From the NCBI GenBank assembly GCA_017654855.1, contig CM030336.1, positions 1,674,001 to 1,738,000 of the forward strand: DNA of 64,000 nt, written 5' to 3'. The DNA comes from Podospora anserina (lineage: Eukaryota). Made by a program: the position numbers and the translations under genes. The notes below the pieces were generated by a model. That model ran no database searches. It saw only the letters and a program-made list of their open reading frames with translations, and was not told where the DNA came from. This document shows positions 38,546 through 50,504 of this stretch, piece after piece. The stretch's first letter is position 1; every line of letters begins with the position of its first letter.

Positions 38546-41500
38546 ATGACCTGGTTTTTACAGTACTCAGTTCGGCCTGAAACGATACTGACGGTACTCG
38601 CCGTGGCCATCTCCGTGGACCAACTTGTCACCATCGTAGCGACTACTGGAGCAGTCGTTCTATCTTTGTGTTTCTGGCTACATATAATTGGGCTCTCGTC
38701 GGACTTCTTCCCGACCTTGGGCCAGCATGCGCGGCTTCAACCTGACTCTTTTTCACAGGAGCACCTCTCTCAGCGCCAACTCGAGGAAGAGGACTTACAG
38801 CCAAAGGCGGTGGGCGAAGAAATGAAATCAAGGGAAGAGTTGTCTTCGACACCCGTCGGGGGAAGCTCAGTGAGTAGTTCCGACTCGAGAAGTCAGTCAG
38901 AGAGTGAAGCTTTGGAGGAGCAGGCAGTGGAGCAAGGCTACCTCGGAAAAGTCCCAGCTGAGTACAATCTACCAGAGGACGATGTCAAAGGACCAGTATG
39001 AGATCGTCCACATGCTTCCCATTATAATGCTTCTGCTGACTACCTGCGCAGTTGGAAGTGCCCATCTGGTTTTTGAATTACAACCTGAAGACAACGAGTG
39101 AGCTTGCCAACCACATGCCCAAAGTAATCATCAAGGAAGACGCGCCAGATACAGCATACGGTGAGGATGCCGTTTTTGAAATCAAATCAGCTGTGTACAA
39201 CAACCTTTGGTCTGTCTTGTCAAACCCGAGCCAGACATGGGAGTCAGCAAACGAAGAGAATGTGCCCTTCTTCAGGAGGGCGACCCTTCTCCTGACCGCG
39301 ATTAACACCATGTACGGGGCTCGGGGCCACCGCGCCTTCTTTGAAGCTGTCGTCGAACAGTTTGCCACTGACATTGGGGCTGATCTTATCGCACTGGACA
39401 TTGAGGATGTTTTGGACTTGGGTGAGTACTGGTTAAATGGACCAGAAAGTCGGGGCTGTGTACCGGAAGGCAAAAGGGACAAGCCGCTGTTGTTCGCACA
39501 TACATTGCTCGACGTTCCAGACCAGAGGATATTCAGGCACGGTACCGGTAGCGTCACGCCTGAGCGTCGACCATTGATCATACACATTCCAGATGTTCAC
39601 CACTTCGACATACCCGACGATAATGACTTCCAAGGCAGCCCAAGATGGTTCGACTTCGCCGACATCAAAGAAATACTCGACGTGATACTGCTAGCCATCA
39701 TCAATCAAGCGGGAGGGAACGGTGCCACCTTGCTTGTGCTTTCGAGTCGCTATTACACCACATCCCACAGAAACACTGACATTCCCCTCGTAAATGCGCT
39801 TCTTGAGGCCGAAGAGGACATAACACTGGTGCCACTGAAAACTCCAAGCCAGGTCAAACTGCTTGAAGAAGGACTTCCCAACTGCGATCGTCATCTTCGC
39901 ATAAACATCCGTTCATTCCAGCGACAGATAAGGGCCACTATCGGGGACTTTACTTCGCCGCTATTGCAGCCTCACACGGCATGGGAGTTCATCAATGACT
40001 GCGAGACATCGAGGAGGTTTTGCCTCGGGCACCGGCAACATGAGGAAATCATATCAGTTGGGAAGAAAGTTGCGCTTCAAGTCGGAAGACATGGAAGCGT
40101 CACTGCCGATCATATTCGACAATCACTTATTTCAGTGGCCTCGCACGGAGAAATGCTAAAAGATTGGGACATTGTGAGTAGTGTTGATGACGTCCAGTCG
40201 CGCTGGGCTCAATTTTCGCCACATATTAGACAAAAGCTCGAGCAAGCTGAGAACGGGAATAATGACGCTGAGAAACAATTATTGGATCTTGTTGTTGATC
40301 CCGGTTCGTCACCACCGGCGTTGGGGTCCTTGACTGCTCTGAGGCTAACATCGCAACAGGGTCGGTCATGCACGGATGGTCGAATATCCAGCTCGATTTG
40401 GACACCAAGGATGCCATCGCCCAGTTGATTTACCAGGCAACAGGGACTATTTCGTCCCATATCCGGTCTGGAATCCTCGCAACTGTCAAAGTCGGCGGTG
40501 CTCTACTCTACGGCCCCCCAGGGACAGGCAAGACTCATCTAGCAAGAGTGCTGGCCCACGAGCACGAGCTGGTCATGATTTCGGTATCTTCGGCCGACAT
40601 TGAGTCGAGTCGTGTGGGTGAAACAGAAAAGACCATCCAAAACCTCTTTAGTCTAGCTCGCAAACTCCATCCAAGCATCATTTTCATCGACGAAGCGGAC
40701 TCCCTCCTAAAGCGCAGGGAACCACACGACCACACGTGGGAGCGTGCTCGACTGAACCAATTCCTTGCCGAAATGGATGGTCTCAAACAGGACATGAACT
40801 CGCCGTTTGTTATCCTGGCCACCAACCTTCCACAAGCACTTGATGACGCCGTTCTCCGTCGCGTTCCTGCAAGATTGTTCATGGGCTTACCGCGGGCGCG
40901 GGCGAGGCGAGAGATTATTGCAATCTGCCTCCGCGAAGACGTTGTTGCAGACGACGTGAACGTTGATGACCTTGTACGACGCACCAAGGGTTATACAGGC
41001 TCCGACCTGCATACTCTGTGTGTCCAGGCTGCTTTGATCTCAGCGGCCGAATCCCAAGCGTCGAGGTCTGTTAACAACATGACCGGGCTTAGTAGCATAC
41101 AGCGAGTTCACTTTGAAAAGGCACTGAGACGATCAGCACCTACGAGCACTGGACACGCACTGGCTGCGATCCGGGAATTTGCCAAAGCAAGCGACCCACA
41201 AGCATTGGCTCAGTTTACAGCGCCTGACAATGATGAGGTAGAACAAGCATCGACATCGGCAGAGCCTTCGTTGCCGCGCCAGAAGACGGGAATCACGACC
41301 GGTACATTGACACCTCCGGATCAAAGTATTGACAACGTAGGAGATTCGGGGTCTGTGACAGAGGGTGAAGCCGCTTCTGACTTTGCATCGCCTGAGTTCG
41401 GAGTCCCAGAAGCTCCAACATCGCATAAAACAACCTCTGCCTTGGGGCCGCTTTACACACCCCTGAAAAGCAACAGCCGACAAATCAGAGTGCTATCCAT

Positions 41501-43730
41501 CACGCCACAGTCACCCAAAACTGAGGACAGTTGGATAGAGTGCAGGCTTGAGACGGTCGACCTCGATGACATGGAGGTGTGGTACCACGAGCTGCGGACC
41601 ATACTCCAAGCAAACGATGGCGAGTTCCCATTTGATGTGACCAAAACACCTCCGGCATGGATTCTAGCGACAGCTGCAAACGAGCTGGCCAAGGAACAAC
41701 CAAAAGACACTGAGATGCACTGGGCATATGTTTTGGAAAAGTTCAACTCGATCCCTGAGCTGAAGACGTTGAAATCAGACGTACCATTCGAAAGGTTGAC
41801 AAGATGGAAGGAGTTCGCTCCGAGATATGAATGGGGGGACTACATAGCTATGAGTTATACCTGGGTGAGCACTGTCATCATCGTCAGCTATGCGGTATTC
41901 ACGCTGACACCTTTATCTCAGGGACCTCCCGAACCTTCTCACACCATCTTGGTGAATAATCACGAGGTACAAGTTGGTGGCAACCTTTACCAGATGCTCT
42001 TGAGGCTCAGTAAGTCAGTAGAGGTCAAACAGTCACATCTCAAGGTCTGGATTGATGCCCTCTGCATCAACCAAAATGACGACAAAGAAAAGGAGACCGA
42101 GGTGCAAAAGATGGATGTGATATACAGCATGGCTCTGGCAGTTCGAGGGTGGATAGGTACCCCGTCCTCGGCAACACCAGGGTCCCGTTTTGACACCGCT
42201 TACACATTGGTGCGACAGTGGTTCAGTCAGCATCAGGGAATCCCCAAGTCTTACATTTCCGACCCCACACTATACCCTCAGTCACTACTTCGGTCGTTGC
42301 GAACTGTGGCCTTTGAGCTCATCAGACTGCCGTACTGGAGTCGCACTTGGATCACACAGGAGATTGCGCTCGCTAATTCTGTTTGTTTTTGGTACGGTGA
42401 TGACTACCTCTTTGTACCCGGAGAGATAAAGCGAGCGCTCGAACCGTTTGTCGACTTTAGCTCGGCACTCAATCAGCCATCAGACTTGCACTTTATGTGG
42501 GATGACGGTGAGCTTGACTCCAGCTCTGATCTCCCCTCGATCCAGGAACAACGGATGTTGTCTCAGCACGTCCATCGAATCTTTGTCAAGTTTGACCTTC
42601 GGGAGCTCCCCAGGGTTAATAACACCGGACTTCTCATCACGATTTTGACTTTGGCCCAAGCATCCGCCGCCACCGATTTGCGCGACAAAGTCTATGGGAC
42701 ACTGGCCCTGCTCCCCCTCTCCATCAGAGACAGTGTCAAACCCAGCTATGCAGAGTTTTATGCGGCACTCGATGCTTACGCAGACTTTGCTAAAGCCTGT
42801 ATCCTCGGCCTGGGCGATCTATCAATATGGACCTACCTAACCCGGTTACAGCCCCGTCCAGGGGGTAGCTCTCTACCGAGCTGGGCCATCGATCTCAGTA
42901 GTGAGGCGGACGATGCTTTGGTTCAAGAACGTACGACCCCACCATCACGTCCTGGTTCCCGCTTCAACGCCAACGCGGGAAAACAACAATGTCCTGCCTT
43001 TTCTCACGACGGACGCATCATGTATTGCGAGGGACTGATCATCGACTCCATTGACACGTTGACGATGTCGCCCTCGCGCGCAAGGGAAATCACATTACAG
43101 GATTCGTATTTCAACCCGTTGTCTTCAGTGACCAACCCCCCCGCTGCCCCGTCGAACATGCCCAACGAAGATGCCAGGACGGCTTTAGCACGCGTGCTGC
43201 ACGCAGAACCCGAGTATGACATATCCAATCCAAGCTGTCTCCTCAATCTGGCCTGGGGTCTAAAGGAAGATCGTCCGCCAGACGGGCTCAACTGGCAAAG
43301 ACTGGAAGCCAACATCAAGGACGCTTCTGAACTAGCTCACGCCCACATGTCCTTGTTGTGGTGGCGCGCCCTTCTCCATGCCAACTTCGACTTTATGATC
43401 AAAGGGTGCCCACTGCACAGCTACTTTTCTTCAGGTGCGGCACAAGAGTTCCAACCACACGAGTACACGTACCAGGATCTATCTCAGACATCTTATCGAA
43501 GACTTTGCATGACTTCAAATGGTCGGGTTGGGATGGTGCCAGGTCTGGCCCAAGCCGGCGACAAGATTGTCGTTCTCTTTGCTTGCCAAAAGCCGGTGGT
43601 GGTTCGCCCCAAGGGGAAGCATTACGAGTTCATCGGCACCTGTTTTGTGGACGGGCTCATGAGGGGGGAGGCCGTGGCTGATATGGAAAGCGGGGGCAAG
43701 CTCAATCCTGAGATGATTTCTTTTTGTTAG
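38546..43730 (+). CDS. Fusion protein: N-terminal hydrophobic anchor, degenerate AAA-like region, classical AAA+ ATPase (Msp1/spastin-like), HET-6-type HET domain; introns 38996-39051, 40304-40359, 41865-41921
   Basis: Walker A GPPGTGKT, Walker B IIFIDEAD, sensor-1 ATN, SRH LDDAVLRR, lid GYTGSDLHTLC; then LYTPL..RQIRVL, YIAMSYTW|G, WIDALCINQ, YWSRTWITQEI, ATDLRDKVYG, LPSWAID, GDKIVVL, FIGTCFVDGLMRGE. All three introns are canonical and phase-compatible. Confidence 0.88.
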
Positions 43731-43755
43731 GTACCACTTCTTCCTAGTAAACTTG

Positions 43756-44938
43756 TTACAAAATCCCCCCCTCGCTCCACCCCTCCCAATCCTGCTCCCA
43801 GTCAACATCCACCATCTCCTCATCAGCATCAATTGCCAACCTCGCCATCAGATCCCCCAGCTCCTCGGCCAACTGCTCGTCAAAATCAACATAAACATCC
43901 ATATCCTCCACCCCATACCTCGCACTAAACTCATCCAGAATACTTCTCCCCTGTTCGGTTCTCTGGTCAGCCAAAATATCAACATGCACCGCCCCTTCAA
44001 TCCCGCCAAAATACTCCTTTCGCGTCTGCCCATCTTCATTCTCCTCCAACCAAGCGGTAAACTCGTCCACCACCCTTACAAGCTCGCTTCTCCCCCTCGC
44101 GGAGTTCATCCACCCTATTTTGACCCCGTGCTCCCTGTCCCATAATCTAGCTTCAACAGTCATCAACACCAAACCATGAAGGACCTCCCCGGTGACACGT
44201 CCAAACCACGCCTCGGGTTGGTGTGCGATAACCTCCTCCCAGAATAAACTCTGATCTTCCAGGCTGCGCATTTTCTATTGGTCATCAGCATCGTTCTGTT
44301 TCCAGTCTGGTTTGATCTCACCATCCCCTTCCCTTTCAAAACCCCCAACCCAGCCTCGAAAACAGAGACCAATCCCCTCTCTACCACTTTTTTGTCCAGC
44401 TCGTTGGCCCCCGCGCCGAATGCGTGCAGGAGAGCCCTTCTTTCACGTCCCTCCAGGCCGGCTAACCTCCTTTCTAGCTTTCGGCTGTGCCGGTTTCGGG
44501 TTTCGCGCACCGGCCAGGAGAAGCCGATTTTGGGGAGCAGTTTTCGAAGGGATGCTGGTGGGCGTTTGACCTTTTCTGCTGACAAGGCCTTACTGGTCTG
44601 TACCGGCGGGGTGGATGGCTGAGCAGCGGCACGACGAGGTGGTGATATGGGAGGGGAAGGGGGGGGGAGGCTCATCGCTGAGCAACGCCTAGCAAGTGGC
44701 ATCCTTTCCGACGGCGGCAACCCTTTTTTTCGGCTTTGACAGAGAGAATAAAGCTGGGAAGATGTCGTTTTCCTATTCCTTAGACACCGCCTCTGTCTCG
44801 GCAAGCTCGATCTGGAGGTTGCTGTCGGCAAACAGCCAAGTCTCCTCCTCTTTCTCGGGCGGGGGTTCACAGGCCTGCCATCATCTTCCCCATTCCCACC
44901 ACCACCACCACCACCACCACCACCTCGACCACCTCGAC

Positions 44939-44977
<39 letters not shown>

Positions 44978-45062
44978 TATCATCATTATCATCATTATCA
45001 TCATCATCACGGTGTCGAGGTTCTGAAAACCGGCCGAGCGGAACAGCAACTTCCTGAGCCAT
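43756..45062 (-). CDS. Hypothetical protein with poly-Asp/poly-Gly tract and basic NLS-like PRPRKRRR; intron 44275-44321
   Basis: ATG 45062 (MAQEVAV); a phase-0 intron gtgaga...ctgat...tag joins ORF 44163-45380 to ORF 43756-44271. Confidence 0.6.
44895..45010. repeat. Compound (CAC)n/(CAT)n trinucleotide repeat inside a CDS
   Basis: Runs of cac and cat(cattat); encodes poly-Gly and poly-Asp/Asn on the minus strand. Confidence 0.9.
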
Positions 45063-45569
45063 ACCTACCTGAGTTAAGCTTGAATTGGACGACGAGCAGA
45101 GGGGAGACACAAAATAGTCGATCCGGTGGTCCAGGTAGGAGCAGGCAGCTGAAACAGGTAGCAAACAGGACGAACAACCAAAAAGTCTCTCCACGACAAT
45201 ACTCAACTCCCGAGAGACGACAGCTACATATATACCCAACCCAACCAAACATGTCTCACATTCAACAATGCCAACCCCCCCAGAAAGAAAGGCCTTGGTA
45301 CCCATCAGCAACAAAGCATTGGTTTTGCCTGTACTGATGGAAGGCTTCAGTGGGCACCAGATACTGCTAGACCTCAACAATGGTTCATTCAGCCCACAAC
45401 TGCCTTGTACAAAATCTGCGAAACGATACAGCCCAACTCACACAGAGCCTTTACCCCTCCTTGCATGTTCTGCCACAATGTAGCACTACCTGCCTAGTCA
45501 TTGACCAAAAAAAGGTCAAAAGGAAACTCAGTTTCTGAATCTTCAAACATTGTCACTCAGCCACTGCAC

Positions 45570-45640
45570 TGCGCCAGCCGCGAATCGAACGCGGGGCCCA
45601 TCGATGGCAACGATGGATTTTACCACTAAACCACTGGCGC
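45570..45640 (-). tRNA. tRNA-Gly (anticodon GCC), intronless
   Basis: Reverse complement GCGCCAGTGGTTTAGTGGTAAAATCCATCGTTGCCATCGATGGGCCCCGCGTTCGATTCGCGGCTGGCGCA: acceptor stem GCGCCAG/CTGGCGC, D-loop TAGTGGTA, anticodon arm CATCG-TTGCCAT-CGATG, T-loop GTTCGATTC. Confidence 0.96.
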
Positions 45641-45938
45641 TATGAGGGATTTGATGTGCTTGTTGGCATGGAAGAGACCTTCATCACGTCTTCGCGGGTG
45701 TGGGGGGTACAAGGGCCGGAGTCCGGGATAGCCTCGCCCTGAAATGGAATATCACGCATGGTCATCCCGGACGTCCGTCTCAGCAGGTACATAACTCACG
45801 GAACCGAGAAATACAGCAGCATCAACTGAGGTCATGAATCTATTGGAGCCCAACCAGGCCCTTTTGGCAGAAAAAAACTACAAACTGGGTGCAAAAACTA
45901 CATGCCGTCCCTTCATTATACGCCGTCCCAAAACCCGT

Positions 45939-47875
45939 CTACTCCAGCTGGCCAATGCCGAGGTGGTCCACATCGGCCTTAACGATACGCAGAGTGTTTG
46001 TGTTGCCCATGCCGCCCTTCCAGCCCTGGACAACCACCACCGTCTCACCCTCGTTGAGAACACCCAAGTCGATAGCGTGGGTAAGACCCCACTTGATGCG
46101 GCGATCCACATCCTCCTGCCAGTTGACTTTGCTAAAGTCGGGCTTGGCCTCTGGGAAGGAGAATGGGTATACGCCGCGGTACAAGTGGGCATATCTCGAG
46201 GCCGACGCGTTCCGAGTGATCATGATGATGGGGCAAACAGGGCGGTACTTGGAGATGAGGCGGGCAGAGACCCCCGAGGTGGAGAGAACGAAGATGGCCG
46301 AGGCGTTGAGGTCGAGAGACGTCCGGACAGCCGCCATGGCGCAAGACTCGACAATGGAGACGGGGCGCTTGACAAGGGCGCACAGCTCCTCGAAGTGGCT
46401 GACATATGGGATGGTGTTCTCGGCCTTGAGGCAGGCCTCGCTCATCTCACGCACAGCCTCGTTGGGGTAGCTACCCTTGGCTGTCTCACCGGAAAGCTAG
46501 GCGATGTTAGTGCCTGGGTGCAAACAAGACATCTTTGCTGCAAACATACCATGACACAGTCGGCGCCGTCAGTAACTGCGTTGCCAACATCACTGATCTC
46601 GGCTCTGGTTGGCCTGGGGTTCTTGATCATGGACTCGAGCATCTGAGTGGCGCAAATGACGGGCTTGCCAGCAATGTTGCACATGGCAATGATCTTCTTC
46701 TGAGCGGCGAACACCTCGGCGGCGGGAATCTCGATACCGAGATCGCCACGGGCAACCATGACACCGTCGGTCTCCTCGAGAATCTCGGCAAAGTTGTTGA
46801 GACCTTGTCTGTTCTCAATCTTGGCAATGATCTGAATGTGCTTGCCCTCCTCGCCGAGGACCTCACGAATGTCCTTGATGTCTTGCCCTCTGCGGATGAA
46901 AGCTGTGGCAAATCAAAAAATTAGCACATGTCGTTACAGCCAGCCATGGGCGTACATACAAGCAAAGACCATGTCGACATTGTTCTTGACGCCGAACAGG
47001 AGATCGGCCTTGTCCTTCTCGGAGAGGGCGGGCAGATCGACATCGGTGTTGGGCAGGTTGACACCCTTGCGGGAAGAGATGAAACCATTGTTGCGCGCCT
47101 GAACCTTGATGGTCTTGTCGTCGACAATCTCGAGCACATCGAACGCCAAGACACCGTCGTCGACGTAAATAATTCGGCCTGGGGAGATGACCTTGGTGAT
47201 GTTCTTGTAGTCGACGTACCTGGTGCAGTGTCAGTTTAGGAGGTTCGTGGGGGGTGAATCGGGGGAGCTTACATGTTCTCGGTGGTGCAGGCCGTGGCAT
47301 ACTTCTCATCGGTGGTGATGTTCAAGATGGCGCCGGCGGAGATGGGGAGATCGGCATCGTTGACGGTGTTGCCGGTACGGATCTCGGGGCCCTTGGTGTC
47401 GAGGGCGATGGCGACCTGACGGCCCTTCTGGGCCTTCTCGGCAGCGCGAGCATTGTCAATGACAGACTCTGCAGTCACAGACTGTTAGCACCGACGATCA
47501 AAGGAAGACAAGACTTGTGCCAAGCATCCGTGGATGGCCAGGCGGTGGTGTCTGCGGGTCGCCCAGGTGGAACCAGGGAAAGCTGGACCTGAGCGGACCT
47601 CGCGACCTCTCCACCAAAGCGCATCATCGAGGCATGGATAGCGCAGGGAACATACGGTGGTACTCGTAGCTGCCGTGGGAGAAGTTCATGCGCACCACGT
47701 TGAGGCCAGCCTCGCGGAGCTTGTTGATGGCCTCAACAGAGTTCGTCTTGGGGCCAATGGTGCAGATGATGGAGGTGCGGCGGAAGTTGCGGGCAGGCTG
47801 GAACGCGGTATCGAGCTGCGAGAGCCATTCGATCTTGCCCCCCAAGTTGAGGTGGTCGAGAGCTGTGTTGACCAT
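45939..47875 (-). CDS. PYK1: Pyruvate kinase; several introns (about 47470-47656, 47219-47271, 46903-46960, 46497-46549)
   Basis: [80 protein letters not shown]. Confidence 0.96.
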
Positions 47876-47953
47876 GTTGAAGGACTGTAGGGGAATTCTG
47901 AGCGAGACTCGGAACCCGGAAGGAGGAGATAGAGGTCGGACTGCTAAAGATTC

Positions 47954-48230
47954 CTGGAGATGAGGTCTTGTCAGCGGGACGGGTTCGAAATCCAACGATG
48001 GAATTGCTGAGATGTTTGCTGAGGCGGAAACAAGAACACAAAATCGAGTTCCGGCCGGAAGTCGAGCATAAGAAGGCAACCCCTCGCCCAGCCAGGGTCC
48101 CGTCGGACTGCAGCGATAACGGAACACCGGATGCGCTGACGCCGCAACCCCCGGCCAGCCAACGAGAGACAGAAGAGACAGACGAGACAGAAGAGACAGA
48201 AGACAGAAGAGACAGACGAGACAAACTCAC
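47954..48230 (-). other. Probable 5'-UTR intron of the pyruvate kinase gene
   Basis: Minus strand aagag|GTGAGT at 48230 ... GCTGAC branch ... ctccAG| at about 47954, upstream of ATG 47875. Confidence 0.6.
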
Positions 48231-50504
48231 CTCTTAACAATGCGATGTTCAAGAGTGGTCGAGCAGGTGAAGAGAGGAAGGGAGAACGAGAGGGATGGAT
48301 GGATGGGAAAGTCGAGGAAAAGTTGAGGGAATTGGGTTTGTATCTAGTTCTGGAAGTTCTGCGCGAAAAAAAGAAAAAAAAACAGATGCGGTTCAACCAA
48401 AGCCCAGCCAAACTGGACTTGCCTGCCTTCGGGCATGGAGGGGAAGCTTCCCCCCCAAAAGCTCTTCCCAACAATCATCCCACTCAGCTCTTGCCAAAGC
48501 CCCACGCACCCCTCCCCTCCCTGGACAGTGAATGGGTGGATGGGGTCTTGACGTGGGCGGTTAGGTTAGGTTCGTCTCCCCTTGCCATTGAGGTGGCCTT
48601 GTCAAACCTGGAACCCATCGCGGTGGCTTGCATCGGCCATGCATGATGAAGATACGAAGCCCCGATATCCAGCTCCCGTAGTAGATTGACTTGACCCCTA
48701 TTTATATGCATGTAGCATCTCTGTGTCCATCACATCGTTCGTCCATGGCATCGCTGCCGTGAGTGTTCCTGCCAAGGCCCCTCACCAGATGAAGACCCAA
48801 AAAGAACGCGGGGGTTCTCATCAGATTACCCCACCTTTCTGACGGGCGGTGAGAGGGCCATTGGTGGCGGGGGTGGTGTTCTGTCGTTTGGGTGACACAG
48901 AGAATGTCAACCAATCGCTGACAACTCTGACGGCATGCGGGGCAGAGTGAGGGAAAAGCGGGACAATTCCAAAGGGGTTTGGCCTGCTTTGCTCGTGACT
49001 CCGCACGTGCATCCTTCCTGGCTGAGCTGCCCTGCTGAGGTAAGGCAGCCTTGAAGTGGTCCAAGCTCTCGAATCGGCGGCTGCGCACGGGGCACACGGT
49101 GGCTGGAAGAGGAGCTGAGTCTTGCTGGTGTCTGTCGTTGTCGCTTGCTTCTGATCGCCCGACCGACCCCCCGCTAAAGATTCCATACCGACATCACCAG
49201 AACCGCATCACCATCGCTATCCTCCCCACATTCCTGTCGAGACTGCCCTGCGCCGCCGATATCTGTCCAACTCTCGTCCGTTGCGAAAATAAATTTGTTC
49301 TCGGTCGACTCGATTCACCATGGTCGTAAGTATTCGCCCCCTTCGAGTGTCATCACCGCCTCTTTCTGCTCGGCGGTCTCTGTGTCGCTTTCCGAGTCTA
49401 AGAACCATGCCGTCTTCCAGCTCCTCGACTTACTGACATTCGGCCTCTGGTCAAAGCTGGCAAGGTTGACTCATTATGCCTTTGATGCTGTGCTCGGTGA
49501 GTCGCTGCCCACACCTCTCGCCTGCACCGCCTTTGCTTGGGCTCTCTGTCGGCTAACCCAACATACCTAGTTTCCACCATCCTTGCGGGGATGAAGCGCT
49601 CGACCGGCCTGACGTGAGTCGATTAACGAGAACATGGAAAGAACCGAATAAAAGTGCTGATGGTTCGGAATTCGCAGTTTCCAAGCCGATCAGATTGGTG
49701 ATTCGGACCAGGACCCCTTCAGGAAGTTCATGAACCGCTACCTAGGTGTCGGCGAGTGGGTGATGGATCAGTCGGTTGCCATCGCAGGCTCGAGCAAGTG
49801 GTTCAAGAGAACCCGGTAAAGCGCCTCCATGCTTTCATGACGAAACGATCGAAACCGGATGGCGGGGAAACAGGCGGTCGAGGCGAGGGGAGCATATGGA
49901 CGCCAGCCTCCCTATGGCTCAACTGGTTTGGGGCTGGCGGAGGAGATCATGATCATGATCATGTTCATGTTATGACCGGGCCGGGTACATGCGGGCGGTT
50001 TTCGGGGTGCTTTTCTCGAGTCGCGCGGTCTTTTTTTGTTGGCGGCGTTCAGGGACTCTCCTTGACAAAGAGGGGGATGCATTTTCTCCTCTTGGGATTT
50101 GAATATCGGATTTGGTCCTAGGATTTTTGCGCAATACCATTGGAATTTTCCCATCTCTGTGTCCTGGTGATGCAGGAGGCTCCTGGGGTGTGTTTCTGTC
50201 CGTCTCCCGTTCTGTTCCGATGCCCCATCCGGGGTAGCATTAGCCGAGGCAATCCATAGCAGGTCTAGTTCTGCCAGCTGTGCCAGCCCACGGGCCGCAA
50301 GTTCACAACACCACTCACACGACAGACACCACGACATGTTTCGAGTTACATACACATAGGGCACGGCTTGACGGTTCAATGGCTGGATTATGTTGATCTA
50401 CCGCCCTTGAAACAAGGCCTTCTCTGCCGGGAAGAAGCACTCTTCGTCTGGCGGCAATACATCCTCTTCTTCCTCCTCCCCCCACTCCTCCGAGTACATT
50501 TGTT

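Noticed and set aside
44696-45337. Plus-strand poly-His ORF suggesting a metal-binding protein
   Set aside because: Reverse reading of the (GAT/GGT)n repeat in the minus-strand gene, which has a supported intron and a longer frame.
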